From Macrostomum lignano (Eukaryota): a DNA stretch of 64,000 bases. Below the pieces are notes generated by a model. It saw only the letters and a program-made list of their open reading frames with translations. It did not search any database and had not been told where the DNA came from. Position numbers and translations under genes: made by a program. The stretch is taken from positions 13,231 through 77,230 of the forward strand of contig NIVC01000218.1 of NCBI GenBank assembly GCA_002269645.1, written 5' to 3'. Shown one piece after another: positions 1 through 12,975 of this stretch; within the stretch, counting starts at the first letter, position 1, and each line of letters opens with the position of its first letter.

Positions 1-1356
1 AGTCGAGAGTCCGATGCTCTAGCCACTAGGCTAAAACTCGCTGGGGGAAAGTAACATGTACCACCTTAAATGGCCAGCTTGACGCAGTGCGCAGTGCCAT
101 TGGGAAGCATGAAAGCTTCGATCGCTTAACAGTTGATTTCAGAAAATTTGCCCAGATCCACTTAGCGAAATGGGGTTTTTCGGATACAAATGCAACTTTA
201 GTGGATTTACCATAATAAATATTTATTCGTCACTACTTGATAGCAGGTGAAAAAGCCCCTGCGCTCTCAGATGAGAAGTGAACTTGGTCTCAGAGCTCCA
301 TGACAACCAACTCTCTTGAGACTACGCGGACCCGGGGTCGAAGCGGCACTCATCAATTATCAACTGGGGCGAAAGTGGACTTGCTGCGTTCTCCCCTCCC
401 TTCTCCCCTCAGCATCTGCTGCTTCATGATGCGCTGGCATGTCTGACATCGCGCGTCTCATCACGGGGCACATTGCCTGACAAGCCTTCTCACTGCCTCT
501 GTCAGTAAATTGGAAGCCTATTCCAGCATCCATTCAGCGTCTGAAAATTATCCCAATCAGCCAGCCATGCTGATGACACTGCCCGAGATGAATAAAAATG
601 AATCAATTACAATTTTTCTTATCTGTTCTTTTCGACCGCTGGACAACGAAAAAAGATTAACCAATTTTACCAGTCAGCTGATGGCCATTGAAGCCGTCCA
701 AAAGGTCAACAGTTATTGTTTGACGAAAGAACTTCAAATTTATTGGATTATGTTTAACAAGCAACAACTACAAAGTAACTCTTTCACTGTATGTGGTCTT
801 AAACTGAGAACAACGTCACAGAGCGCGCCTGCGGGCTAAACTTAGGAGTGACGCTTCTATGGATAAAATTGAGTCTTAGCTGGGATCCAACTGAGATTCG
901 CCCTGGAGTGAGATACTCGCGCAAGATTGAACTTATGGTCGAAGTGTTTTATAAAGACACTCCATTCATGGCATTCCATGGCTGAAACCCCAGACTTTGA
1001 TCCTAATTTTAGGGCACACCGAGAGCTGTCCAAAGTTGAGTGGCATCGAGTATGAATAATAAAATTTTGTTTCCTGTCTCTGATATTCGTATCAGCCACA
1101 GACTACTCGTACCATAGATGACCATAGAAGGATTATCCAGACACTCACAAGGCTTACTGGACAGAGAGTTTCTTTATCAGCTCTCCATCAGCTCTTCTCC
1201 TTACGCATGAGCTCGATCTAAGCTAAGATGGAAGTTAGAAGTCAGATTATAAAACAAACTTATGAATGAGTCCTAAGTTAGAGCTTAAGTTAGAACTTGA
1301 GTCAGTCTTAGGACACAATTTATGAAACAACCCCCTTGCATTCCGTTCTCTCTTAC

Positions 1357-1556
1357 CTTTGTCGTGTCAATTCCCTTCGTAATTGCCCATGACGACGTTA
1401 CATAGTCCATTACCCGCTCGCCCAGTTCTCTAGGCACGTCGTGTATCTTCATGAACTCTTTCACGCTGTTCATCATCTCGTGATAGCGCGCCCTAGACGC
1501 GTACATCTGCTGGAATATTGTTGTCACATTTCCGAATATGGTCGCGTAGACTAGGG
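1357..1556 (-). CDS. eag: EAG exon 7 (S6 end and C-linker); gene continues off the left edge
   Basis: [28 protein letters not shown]...[17 protein letters not shown] donor. The CNBHD exon is not found in 1-1356. Confidence 0.95.
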
Positions 1557-2324
1557 CTGCATGGAAAGTGAAGAATTTTAATAAGGAGTTCTTATGCTCG
1601 TAGTTTATTGAAGAAAATGACATTTATATTGATTATTAGTTGATTTAGCTCCATCCACTTGCGATCAAGTCACAGTCTGATCAAGTCACAAACTGAATCT
1701 CTAATTTTGCACGAGTTCACAGCGAGTTCGGGTTGAAATTTCAATCCCTAGCATTTAAAAATCTATTAAAATTTATCTTTGCGCTGAAAATACACTCGAA
1801 ACGAAGCAAATTAATGAAGCAATGCTGTTCCGATCGCGAAAAGAGAAGAGGCTGCATAGGGGCTTCCTAGATAAACCAGATTCATCTCAGAGCTGCCCCC
1901 AAGCCTACAAGCGCGCTGCTTCAAAAGAGCAAAGAGCAGCACGCAGATCTGCAGCGACTCGGCAAGCAATTTAGATCGCGCTCGGAGCCTGCCGAAATTT
2001 TGCAAAACATTTAACCGCGCACACGAAATTGCAGAGACTAAACTACAGCCTGATGCTCCTTAATTGCAGCCTCTCGAGCAAACACCCCCATCAACTGACG
2101 AGACCGGAAGCTGAGGGCCCGTCCGATTGGGATGCCTCAACTGCGCGCTCAGTTGAGGGCAGAGCAAAACGGCAAGATCGAGCCCCATCTGCCGAAGAGT
2201 CCAGCTAATTGCGATACGGCAAATTTGGAGATCCAGGTGAGAAACTGCTTGTTTAGCTATTGCGAAAATTTCCCGATTTATGCTGTCTAGCTGCTTTGAG
2301 CTCTGCCGAGAATCAAGGCAGTTC

Positions 2325-2440
2325 TGCCCATTGCGCTGGCCTCTAAGCACGCAACGCACACGGATACGGTACGCAGGCACACACTCACGCAGGTGTACAG
2401 CGGCCTTTACTTCTCATCGTCAGGCAGTGCACATTCTTGT
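2325..2440 (-). mobile_element. SINE family A fragment
   Basis: Degenerate body TTCTGCCCATT...GTACGCAGGCAC...GTACAGCGGCC. Confidence 0.6.
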
Positions 2441-2705
2441 ACACAGAAGCCTCAGGCCAATTTTCGTTATCAGGAACGGCAATTGAAACCAGGCGTGAGA
2501 TCTGCTAGCTTGTACTTAGCCCCACCATTATAAGAACTTTTTGTTTTGACCATTTACATTGCTATGAAATGTTCGTGTTAATGAAGAGCTGGTCAGCTTC
2601 TCAGCGAAAGCCTGAGACAGTATCGACCTCGATGTTTGTTTAGGACCGCTATAGTTATTAGCAATACACTAATAGCTCGAAAGAAAACGAATGGTTGGTC
2701 CTCAC

Positions 2706-3117
2706 CTCCCAGCAGCATGAACAAAACTACCACAGCCTTCTCGCCCTCGGTGTAGGCGGCAACATTACCAAATCCGACGCTGGTGAGCAGCGACAGGGTA
2801 AAGTACAGCGAGGTGAGGTAAGTCAACGATTTGTCTGGCAGAGCCGACTGATAGGTGGCCTTGGTCCAGTTCTGCGGCGCCAGAGTGTCGTTAACAAGGC
2901 GGGGTATCCAGCCGTACCAGATCTCCAGCTCCAGGTCGCGCACACCGATGGTGTACCAGATACAGGCCATCCAGTGGGCCAGTAGGACAAAGCCGAATAT
3001 CATTAGGATGAGCAGGGCAGCGCCGTACTCAAGATACTGGTCAACCTTGCGGGCTACGCGACCAATTCTTAGTAGGCGCACCACTTTTAGCGCGCTGAAT
3101 AGACTGCTGATCCCGCC
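2706..3117 (-). CDS. eag: EAG exon 6 (S4, S5, pore with GFG filter, start of S6)
   Basis: GGISSLFSALKVVRLLRIGRVARK...HWMACIWYTIG...LTSVGFGNVA. cag acceptor, GTGAGG donor, phase 0 to 1. Confidence 0.95.
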
Positions 3118-3773
3118 CTGAAGTTGGCGATAGCATGGGGGACCCCCATGAAAACTGATTTTGTAAAAACGCAGGAGAGACTTTCTAAAGGCTCTTAAGT
3201 ATAGCTCCGCGTGAATCGAAGATTGTTCAAACCAGTTTTAAAAGACGTCAACTAACTTCACATCGATTTAAGTTATGTCTGATGAAGTGTGATGCTTGAT
3301 TCTTTAAGATCGAGGGTTTACGTGTGCCCTAGCAGTCCAGCATCTGGCCCCTTAAAGAAGATGCTATAGCTTCCCGCGTTCAGGAAGATGACCGCATGAA
3401 GTTCCTTTGCGCTAGATAAACCTACCTTCTATAGGGAGCAAGTAAATGGACCCCCTGGAAGACGTCATGTCTGAAAGCTGGTACCCTGCCATTGTGATCC
3501 ACATGGGAATTCGGGGATCCTAGACAGGTAATAGATGAAGTGTTCGCTACGATCGTCATAACGAATGTCTTTATCATTCTGGAGGACCCGCTCTCTCCGC
3601 GACAGAGCCCATCTACATGTAGGGCTGATCCGCCCTTGCACAGGCAAACCTTGTTTAACAACAAAAAGGCTTCTTCACACCGCAGTTGAAGAATGCGGCC
3701 GATTTCTGCATGATCATAAGGCTGGACGATTTCGCTTGGTGCTGCTACGAGCGTGTATCGATTATCTAACCGG

Positions 3774-4154
3774 GGGTCCCCGAAACCTCAACCCTGTCTT
3801 TCTACCCCAGTTTGTCAACTGTAAGCTTTTCAGCGACGCCCTGTGCGCGTGCAAGGGATGTGTTATCGATTTTCTGGGCAACCGATGCTTTCCTTACCCC
3901 GGGTCCCCGAAACCTCAACCCTGTCTTTCTACCCCAGTTTGTCAACTGTAAGCTTTTCAGCGACGCCTTGTGCGCGTGCAAGGGATGTGTTATCGATTTT
4001 CTGGGCAACCGATGCTTTCCTTACCCCGGGTCCCCGAAACCTCAACCCTGTCTTTCTACCCCAGTTTGTCAACTGTACGCTTTTCAGCGACGCCCTGTGC
4101 GCGTGCAAGGGATGTGTTATCGATTTTCTGGGCAACCGATGCTTTCCTTACCCC
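3774..4154. repeat. 127-bp tandem repeat x3
   Basis: Units start at 3774, 3901 and 4028; near-identical. Confidence 0.93.
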
Positions 4155-5042
4155 CCTGACTAAGCCCTGTGTACAGCTGCTGGCTAGGGGGCCTTACATT
4201 GATACTCTGTTCCAAGTGTACTTTGTCACTTTTTTTACAATAGCTAGACAATGAATAATAGCCATGAGTTATTGTATTGTATGACTTTGTCTTTGGCTCA
4301 TTGGCTCATTGTCTTTGTCTGCGCAGAAATTTTTTTCTCAGAATCTCTTTGCTATATGTTTGATAGAAAAGCAGAGAAAAAGCTAATCTATTCCCGAATT
4401 TTATGCTTCCATTTTTTACCTTCTGCCTGTAAGAAGGTATCCAAAGAGAAAGCATACTGTCTCTACTCAAACACTAAATGTCAAGCTTAAAAAGCTTTTT
4501 AGGCAGCGTTGAGGGTGTGTGACTTCTCGAAAAAAAGCCCAATCCCAATTAAACACCTGATGGTTTGCCGTCAATTGAAGCTTATCAAATCGAATGACTA
4601 AAGCATTTTTACCTTTAAATTTCCATCTCTTTAGCGTATTTTTAGACGGATTTTCCTGTGCTGATTTTTTTCTGAAAAAGCAAATCCTTGTGAAATCCGT
4701 TGAAAAAACAGCTGTATTTTGACTTGCCGCTCTCAAATCAATTAATTCTTTCTGTTTAAGTTTTTCGCTACAAACTTGTAAGCGTACCTCTAATGCGCTT
4801 ATGCACAATCTCTAATGCACAAGTGGGACAGCTCAAGCCATAACTCTCCACTCTCTGCTCACCAGCCTAAGCTGGGACCTTGTGACGCAAAAATTGCATC
4901 ACCCACTGTTGAGACGCGAACCGCGGGCGTGGTGTGAGTTGCGTCATTTGGGGCTGAGGTTTCCGACCACTGGTTTCGGGGCGGAAACTGTAACTTGTTG
5001 AGTGCACTTGCTCCATTTAGAAGAAGAAAAAGAACGCAATAC

Positions 5043-5441
5043 CTCTGAGGACTCCGGTTGAAAAGCGTTGAACACATCGTAGGGCAGACAGGAGAGCAGG
5101 TCAATAACGAACCAGCCCTTGAGATAATTGACTCTGATCACTGACGGGTCCGATATCACTTCGCCGTTGGGTCCAACAAAGGTGGTGTGAAAGTTGAGCA
5201 CAATGTCAATAAAGAACACGACGTCGACGATGCTGTCTAACACTAGGAAAGCTACGTCGTCCATGGTTTTGTTCTTGAATGCAACATTGAACGGCACCAT
5301 GACGGCAGTGTAGCCGGTTAGTATCAGTATGATCCAATCCCAGGTTGTCTTGAATGCCGCGTAGTGAAGAATTATATGGGGCGGAGTTTTCGGCGCCTCC
5401 TGCTTGTACTGCGGCAGCACGTCCGAGTGCAGGGCGACCAC
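5043..5441 (-). CDS. eag: EAG exon 5 (S1-S3)
   Basis: [36 protein letters not shown]...[17 protein letters not shown]. 399 nt, phase 0 to 0. Confidence 0.95.
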
Positions 5442-6149
5442 CTGCGGGATTCGGACAAAGGAGGTTACGTCGGGTGGTTGCTGAGAATTCGCAACACATG
5501 TGAGCAACTGGAGCAGCAGATCTGGAAAGGTAATTTGATCCGGGGGGGGGGGGTAATCCAGCAGACATGCTTTCCTCATCTACTCCCATGGCGACACGCT
5601 CAAATGAGCAAAGGGTGGAGCCGAGGCACCGGGGGATCAAAGGCAGGCAGGCCAAGTGCTAATCCAGAGCTGGTGCGGGCTAGCGAAATGGCACACAGGC
5701 AAGGCGCTGCTGACATGAAACGCAGGAGAAGACCACGCCACCGCCGCCCATGGTTAATAATTCAGACTCACGCCACCCCGGTGTCAAGGGCTGACGAATT
5801 ATAATCATTATTCGATGACTATCTCTACACTGAGCCCAATGTCGAATGGGATACAACCGGCACTGGGAAGCGCCAGGCCATCGGAGCCGAAAAAAAACGG
5901 TGGGCTATCAGGAGTCACCGCGAGAGGAGAAAGTGGGATCGGGGCGCGATGCGGATGGGGAAAAAAGTGCAGATCGCATTATATATAACACAAAATTTGG
6001 ACTCCTTTTTGAAATGCATATCATATCTCTATATTTGGCATTCAGAGTTTTTTATAATAAAACTACGCTCGTGTGTACATGCATTCTAATGCTAAAAGGA
6101 AACCACTGAAGTTCTATTTGTACTCCTGAATACCGAGTGTCTCAACGCA

Positions 6150-6452
6150 TGAATATTTCGCTTTGAGGCAATTCTTCCCATTCCACTGACTCCTGAGCAC
6201 ATGCAAGCGCGCCAATGCTGTACGCAGGCACAGCACTCATGCACAGGCTCGCAGCGGCCCTGACTGTCTAATTGTCGGGCATGTACACTCTGTGCACCTT
6301 GGAGGCTGGCCTTTATGGCTGTGAATAGCACGACAACCCCCCCGGCTAATTTTTCGTGCTCAAGCGACAAATAAACGCGTTCGCGCACGGAATCGAACCA
6401 GGGGTCGTGGCGCAAGTCAGACGCGTTCGCCGCTGAGCTGCTCTGCCCCTCC
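6150..6452 (-). mobile_element. tRNA-derived SINE family A
   Basis: Head GGGGCAGAGCAGCTCAGCGG (A box), GGTTCGATTCC (B box); body shared with other copies. Confidence 0.8.
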
Positions 6453-6849
6453 ATCCCAATTAAACACCTGATAGTTTGCCGTCAATTGAAGCTTATCAAA
6501 TCGAATGACTAACGCAGAGAGGGAACGAAAAAGTACGTACAAACCGCGCGATGTCTAAAAAAACTGGCCCCATTTGATTACTGTGTTAACGAGCCTTAAA
6601 ACATCTGAACGCTGTTTAACTTAGGAAGGCTTAATATGTTTATGGATATGCAAACAGACGGATCTTATATGTTTAGTATATGCGGATGGATAGTCTCAAC
6701 ACCATGCAGACGCCAGAAGTCTAATCTGAGATGTCTGAAGCTCTGTCTGAGACAACTTTCAGCATATCTGAAGACATCTGAGAAATTTTAAACTCAGGTT
6801 TTTCGTGTATTTTAATTCGGTACAAAGTCCTGCTATACTTTTATCCACA

Positions 6850-7140
6850 ATTGATTACACCTGCCCTAGTGGCCAAATGCGCAACCGACAGCTCAGCCGC
6901 AGCTATTGCGCGGCGCATCTGAAGGCTGCTTACGGCTGTTCAGTCCAAGGACTGGGGGGTCGCCACACACACCCTCAATTACCCCAGCTAATGCTGGCAC
7001 CCACTTTACAGCTGGGTGAGCTGAAGCAATGCAGAGTTAAATGTCTTGCTCAAGGACACAAATTGTTCCGAGTGAGTCAAGAATCGAACCCCCGACCTTT
7101 CAGTCGTGAGTCCGACGATCTAAACACTAGGCTGCAATCC
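6850..7140 (-). mobile_element. SINE family B; another head fragment at 1-35
   Basis: Same head, CCTTGAGCAAGACA core and 3' body as 52960-53250. Confidence 0.8.
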
Positions 7141-7226
7141 CTTACAGATTTTGTAAAACACACAAGTCACAAGCTGTAAAAAATATCCGTCGAATGGACT
7201 CATCCAATTTTTGTTTGCCCACTCAC

Positions 7227-7396
7227 AGCTCCCAGCTGCTCAGATTTCGTCTCGTCCGGCCTGGTTGAAGACGGCGAGGCGGTGCTGGCGCCGGCGGCCG
7301 AGGCCGAGGGGGCGCCCGGAGCGCCTGGCAGTTGCACCAGCACAGAGCGGCTGCGGGTGACGGACCGAGCCAGCCGGGCAAACTTGCTCAGTCCGA
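7227..7396 (-). CDS. eag: EAG exon 4 (linker)
   Basis: GLSKFARLARSVTRSR matches the EAG GLSKFAKLARSVTRSR motif; missed by the ORF track. ccgcag acceptor, GTGAGT donor, phase 1 to 0. Confidence 0.88.
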
Positions 7397-7526
7397 CTGC
7401 GGGAGATGATGGAGAAGCACTGATGCTGGCTGAGCTTGCGCTAAATTCTCACCGCGTGAGAATGTTCGAGCTAAAATTGCTCAATCAGATTCAATTCACG
7501 CAGTAACGCGATGGCGGAACACTCAC

Positions 7527-7673
7527 CAGCCGTCTGAGCGCCTTTTGACTGCTCATCCTCCTCAAGAGGCTGCCTTAGCGCCGTAATGTCGCGGAAGGTC
7601 AGCAAAAACAGGACCACAACGTCCTTCTCGTTCTTGATTGGCGCCAGGTACATCAGTAACCACAGGGGCGTCT
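7527..7673 (-). CDS. eag: EAG exon 3 (PAC)
   Basis: (K)[35 protein letters not shown]. ctgcag acceptor, GTGAGT donor, phase 1 to 1. Confidence 0.92.
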
Positions 7674-8071
7674 CTGCAGTTTAGCAAGTGGTGTACAGTT
7701 GTTAAAGAGGGCCAATCCCAAGCTACAGAGTGTGTACTTGAGAAACGTGACTCAGGCCGAAGTGAACTGAATCAGATAAGACTTCTGTGAAATACTGCCT
7801 GAATAAGCTACGGACATTCGATATTTTATTTCAGTAGTAAACTAAATCAAATATCATGTAAAAGTGCAGTTAGTTACTTTGAATTTAATTTCGGATTCAC
7901 AAGTTCTATAGAAGATATAGGAGAACTATAGAAGATCTGTGTTGAATAAGGATCAGAGTTGCTTTAAAATTTTTGCCTTCTGTTCAGGCAACAGCTGCAT
8001 TTTACGGTTCTGTTAAAGGAGTTAAGCTAACAAGCGGTTTGCTGTTAGCACCACCAACACACGTTTTAAGA

Positions 8072-8523
<452 letters not shown>

Positions 8524-8543
8524 CAAGTACATGGACACTCAAC

Positions 8544-8777
8544 TGTTCTTCTTGTACAGAAGCACCTCCTGCTGGTCAGACTCGGACTGTTCGAGACTCC
8601 GCTCGATCCGCTGGATGGTCTCAGAGTCGGTCTGCTCGCCGTGCATGAAGCTGCAGGTGCAGGACTTCTGCATCACCTCCGCCCGGCTGAAGCCGGACAG
8701 GCGGGAGAAGCCGTCGTTGCAGAATACGATGGGGTAGTCCACGATGCGGGCGTTGGCTAGCAGGAAGCTGCTGTCTG
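8544..8777 (-). CDS. eag: EAG exon 2 (PAS domain)
   Basis: (P)DSSFLLANARIVDYPIVFCNDGFSRLSGFSRAEVMQKSCTCSFMHGE...LLYKKN. AG/GT boundaries, phase 1 to 1. Confidence 0.93.
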
Positions 8778-9584
8778 CTTCGGCGGAATTTTGGAAGCAG
8801 TTTTTAATAGCAATGGTAATTGAACTTCTGCTCCTTATTGATTTAACTCTGCTGCAGAGAGCAATCTAGATGGGAATGATTCCTGTCTAGATGGAAATGT
8901 TTTCTTGTCTAGATGGGAATGTTTTCTTGTCTAGATGAGAATGTTTTTGTCTAGAGATGAGAATGATTAGCACGTCTAGATGAGAGTTACCAGTGCCTAG
9001 ATGAGAATTACTAGTGCCTGGAAGAGAATTACCAGTGCCTAGATGAGAATGATTATACAGAAGCGCTATTTTTATCCTGGTTACAAAAACGAGTGTTCGA
9101 CTTAATTCCTCAACCTCTCAAACGTTTAGCGACCTCCATTTTTTACTCTGTTCAAAGGCAGCCCACCAACGTCTGGCTGTTGTCTGTGCATTGTGATTTC
9201 CCAGGAGGGGTGCCCGGCTCGATCTGCACTAGTCGATTTTGGCAGCCTCTATACTAGCGTAGTTATCGCATAGTGCATTGCGACCCTTAGTTAAGCGTGC
9301 ATTTTATAATATGCGTACTTGGGATAAGCGAGCACTTTAAATACCGCAGTTTCAGGATCGAATATTTGTATCGAATTTATCAAAACTTTTTTACTGAAGC
9401 CAGAACTAAATTAATATGTGTAGTTATCTCCAATTTTGAAGTGTCGTCTTGACCAGGGGCAAACTTCTTTAGTTAAAGTAGTGAAGTGATATTGCTCATT
9501 ATTTAATTATAGTCACATACTAGGATACTTATAGTCGATTAACACGATACGCATTGTAACGCCTTTATCCATATTGGAATGTAC

Positions 9585-10410
9585 TATAGAGGTATATCCG
9601 CATTCTAGAACCTGTATCCGCATTCTAGAGCCTGTATCCGGATTTTAGAGCCTATATCCGCATTCTAGAGTCTGTATCCGCATTCTAGAGTCTGTATCCG
9701 CATTATAGAGTCTGTATCCAGATTCTAGAGTCTGTATCCGCATTCTAGAGTCTGTATCCGAATTCTAGAATCTGTATCCGCATTCTAGAGTCTGTATCCG
9801 CATTCTAGAGTCTGTATCCGGATTCTAGAGTCTGTATCCGCATTCTAGAGTCTGTATCCGGATTCTAGAACCTGTATCCGCATTCTAGAGCCTGTATCCG
9901 CATTCTAGAGCCTGTATCCGCATTCTAGAGTCTGTATCCGGATTCTAGAACCTGTATCCGCATTCTAGAGCCTGTATCCGCATTCTAGAGTCTGTATCCG
10001 CATTCTAGAGCCTGTATCCGGATTCTAGAGTCTGTATCCGCATTCTAGAGCCTGTATCCGGATTCTAGAGTCTGTATCCGCATTCTAGAGTCTGTATCCG
10101 GATTCTAGAGTCTGTATCCGGATTTTAGAGTCTGTATCCGGATTCTAGAGTCTGTATCCGCATTCTAGAGTCTGTATCCGGATTCTAGAGTCTGTATCCG
10201 GATTCTAGAGTCTGTATCCGGATTCTAGAGTCTGTATCCGCATTCTAGAGTCTGTATCCGGATTCTAGAGTCTGTATCCGGATTCTAGAGTCTGTATCCG
10301 GATTCTAGAGTCTGTATCCGGATTCTAGAGTCTGTATCCGGATTCTAGAGTCTGTATCCGGATTCTAGAGTCTGTATCCGGATTCCAGAGTCTGTATTCG
10401 CATTCTAGCG
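9585..10410. repeat. 20-bp minisatellite TCTGTATCCGGATTCTAGAG
   Basis: About 40 copies in eag intron 1. Confidence 0.95.
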
Positions 10411-10446
10411 TCAGTAATTGACTAAGAACAACAATGTCAGACTTAC

Positions 10447-10525
10447 GCTGCCCGCTGCACCTTCGAATGATATTATCCAAAAAGGTGTTCTGCGGAGCTA
10501 CCAATCCACGCCTTGAGCCAGACAT
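10447..10525 (-). CDS. eag: EAG voltage-gated K+ channel, exon 1 (PAS-cap)
   Basis: MSGSRRGLVAPQNTFLDNIIRRCSGQ matches the EAG N-terminus (RRGLVAPQNTFL). ATG at 10525, GTAAGT donor, phase 1. Confidence 0.93.
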
Positions 10526-12034
10526 ATCTAAGCCAATTCAGTCTCTAACGTGATAAATAACAATGGAGGGCGATCAGTTTCCAAGCGGAACGGACAGTCG
10601 AACAGGCGGTCTTGTCGGCGACATCGAACGGCAGTTGCGGCATTGTTCCAGCGGCAGAACACCGGACCAATTAGAGCTCGGGCGCTAAAGGAAACGCCAG
10701 CAGCTCGTTCACTTCCACTATATGTAAGCAGCGATTCCTTTTATAGAGAGTAAAGAAGGTTATAAAGTGCAGTGCAGCGAACGGCGGAAGGCGATTCCTT
10801 TATTATTCCGTCCAATAGGGAGTAGCAGTCTTTAACTTGAAAAGATTTTCGCTTTGTATAAAAATCGATAAATTCCCAGCTATAGAATAATGGATAGTGC
10901 TAGACTTGGACAGGTGAATAAACAATAAACAGGGAATACACAATTGAAGAAGAGAGAATTGAGAGGCTTTTTCAGGCGTTTGGCACCTGCCGAGCCTCTG
11001 CGCTAAAATTGGTCGGGAAGGGGACGGAGTTGAGCAGACACGTCAGTAAAACTGAGCCATTTTGAGCTGCTGCTGCTGTATTTAAGGCCTTGGCTATGCG
11101 GCACTGGGACTGGCCCGGCCATGCACTGCTCCCGCGGGTCTCACCAGTTGGGACCAATTGGGACCCGACCTCCCAAGCCTCTGCCAGCCAGCCAGACTGT
11201 TCCGCGCTCCATGGTCCCGCAATTAGCAATTGAAAATTGGCGACTCAATTTTGCTCGGATAAATCAAAGGGGGCAGGCGAGCTCGGGGGCTGGCGCGCGT
11301 AGGGCTTTGAGCATTCTCATGCTCGAACTCTATGATGCACGATTGCACTGGCACTGCCAGTAGATGAACTTGAAACGGACCAGTTCAAGAGCATCAAATA
11401 TGGCTATATATTTAACTTTTATATCAATACGAAAGTTACGGAAATCAGCCTGCGCTGATGGCCAGCCGTCATCATGCCATCAAGGACCACTGTAGTAGAA
11501 GGACTCTGCACTGCTGCTTTGTCTTCACCTGAAATATTTAATTGCCTACTGAGAGCTCCGAATGCATCACAGAAGAAAGCAACGGGCAGAAAAGTGAGCA
11601 GTTGTGACACAAACTTATACACTTATACAAAAAACATTAAGCCGCGAGTGCAGACTCGTACTACAGTGGTCCATGCGTGCCCGCAGCAACTTCCACCCCG
11701 AAACCAGTACTTTTCTCAGGTCTTAGCTCCAAGTGACGCAATTCACGTGTCTCAACAGCTTAGGCTGGTGAGGATCCAGAGTGGAAAGTCAAGGCTTCAG
11801 TTGGATTAAAACTGCCACTTGTTGACCACTGGCTGGTTTCAAAGTGGAAACTTTAGCATGTCGCTGATCTATTAAAAAAACTACATCCAATCGCGTCAGA
11901 TCGCAAACTTGGGTTACAAAGTACTCATGTAGGAATTTATTCATGTAGAATTCTTGGCTTTGTCCCCCCACCATCAGACTGCATGCCAAGCCTGCTGATC
12001 AAGGCTCTGCTGGTTAAAAGACAATCAAGTAGAG

Positions 12035-12290
12035 CAGGGGTCGGCAAACTCTGGATTGCGCGGGCCACTGCGGCTCGCGAAGCCTCTCTATCCGGCCCTC
12101 GGTCCTTTGAAACCTCACAATAGCAATTCGGCCCGCTGAAGGTTTGTCTCTTCTCAGCTCTCTTAATTAGCCCCTCGCCTCTCCTTTCTCCTATCTCTCT
12201 TCTCTATTCACTCTCCTCTCTCTCCTCTGGCCCGCAGTAATGCGTTAGGTTCTCTACCTGGCCATTGAGGTAAAAGTTTTCCGATCTCTG
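12035..12290. mobile_element. hAT (Charlie/Buster-like) MITE
   Basis: TIRs CAGGGGTCGGCAAAC / GTTTTCCGATCTCTG; perfect 8-bp TSD AAGTAGAG with central TA. Confidence 0.88.
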
Positions 12291-12615
12291 AAGTAGAGGA
12301 TTTCAAAGCAGGTTTACTCAACAACATTAAAAAGTCGCCACCTTTGACAGTGCGCAGTAAATTCCAGCTTAGTATTGACTTTTGAGTGACGCAACTTGCG
12401 CCACGCGACGCAGAGCTGGGCTGGGTGAGGAGGGATTGGGAAGAGCAGAGGGCGAAGACTGGATAGATTGAAGCTTCCGCCCGGTTTTCATTGTTTTTTT
12501 CTAGAATTTTTAAAAATCAAAATGGTTGGCCAGGTGATAAACACTGGTTGCAAAACATTGCTCACTGGGGCAAAGACTGCGACTTTTCAATGTTGCTGAG
12601 TATATTCTGACCGCA

Positions 12616-12975
12616 GGGGCGCCGTAATCTAGCGGTCTAGCGCGGCGCTCTGATGTGCCACGGTCGAGGTTCGATTCCAAGTGCAGTCACATTAATTCGG
12701 GGCTAAATTGGAATCTCGGCTTGGCTCTGCTTGTGCAATTAACCGCTCAGCTTGAGGGCCAACCCGTAAGTCACAGTGAAGTGTACATGCCTAACGATAA
12801 ATAAAGTTAGGGCCGTTGTACACTCCTGTGTGAGTGTGTGCCTGTGCGTATGACTGCGTACGTATCCGCGAGCTTGTGTGCCTGCTCAGGGGAGTCGGCG
12901 GAATGGGCAGCAATGCCTCTCGCCAGTTGTGTGACAATGTCGCTTAAAGTGCGCCAGGGTGCACACAGCGCCCTG
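12616..12975 (+). mobile_element. SINE family A (alternative head); paralog at about 25640-26012
   Basis: GGGGCGCCGTAATCTAGCGG A box, GGTTCGATTCC B box; 3' body AGGGCCG.TGTACAC...GGAATGGGCAG. Confidence 0.78.

Noticed and set aside
12616-12690. tRNA genes at SINE heads
   Set aside because: A and B boxes are present but there is no complete cloverleaf or acceptor stem, and they run into repeat bodies.
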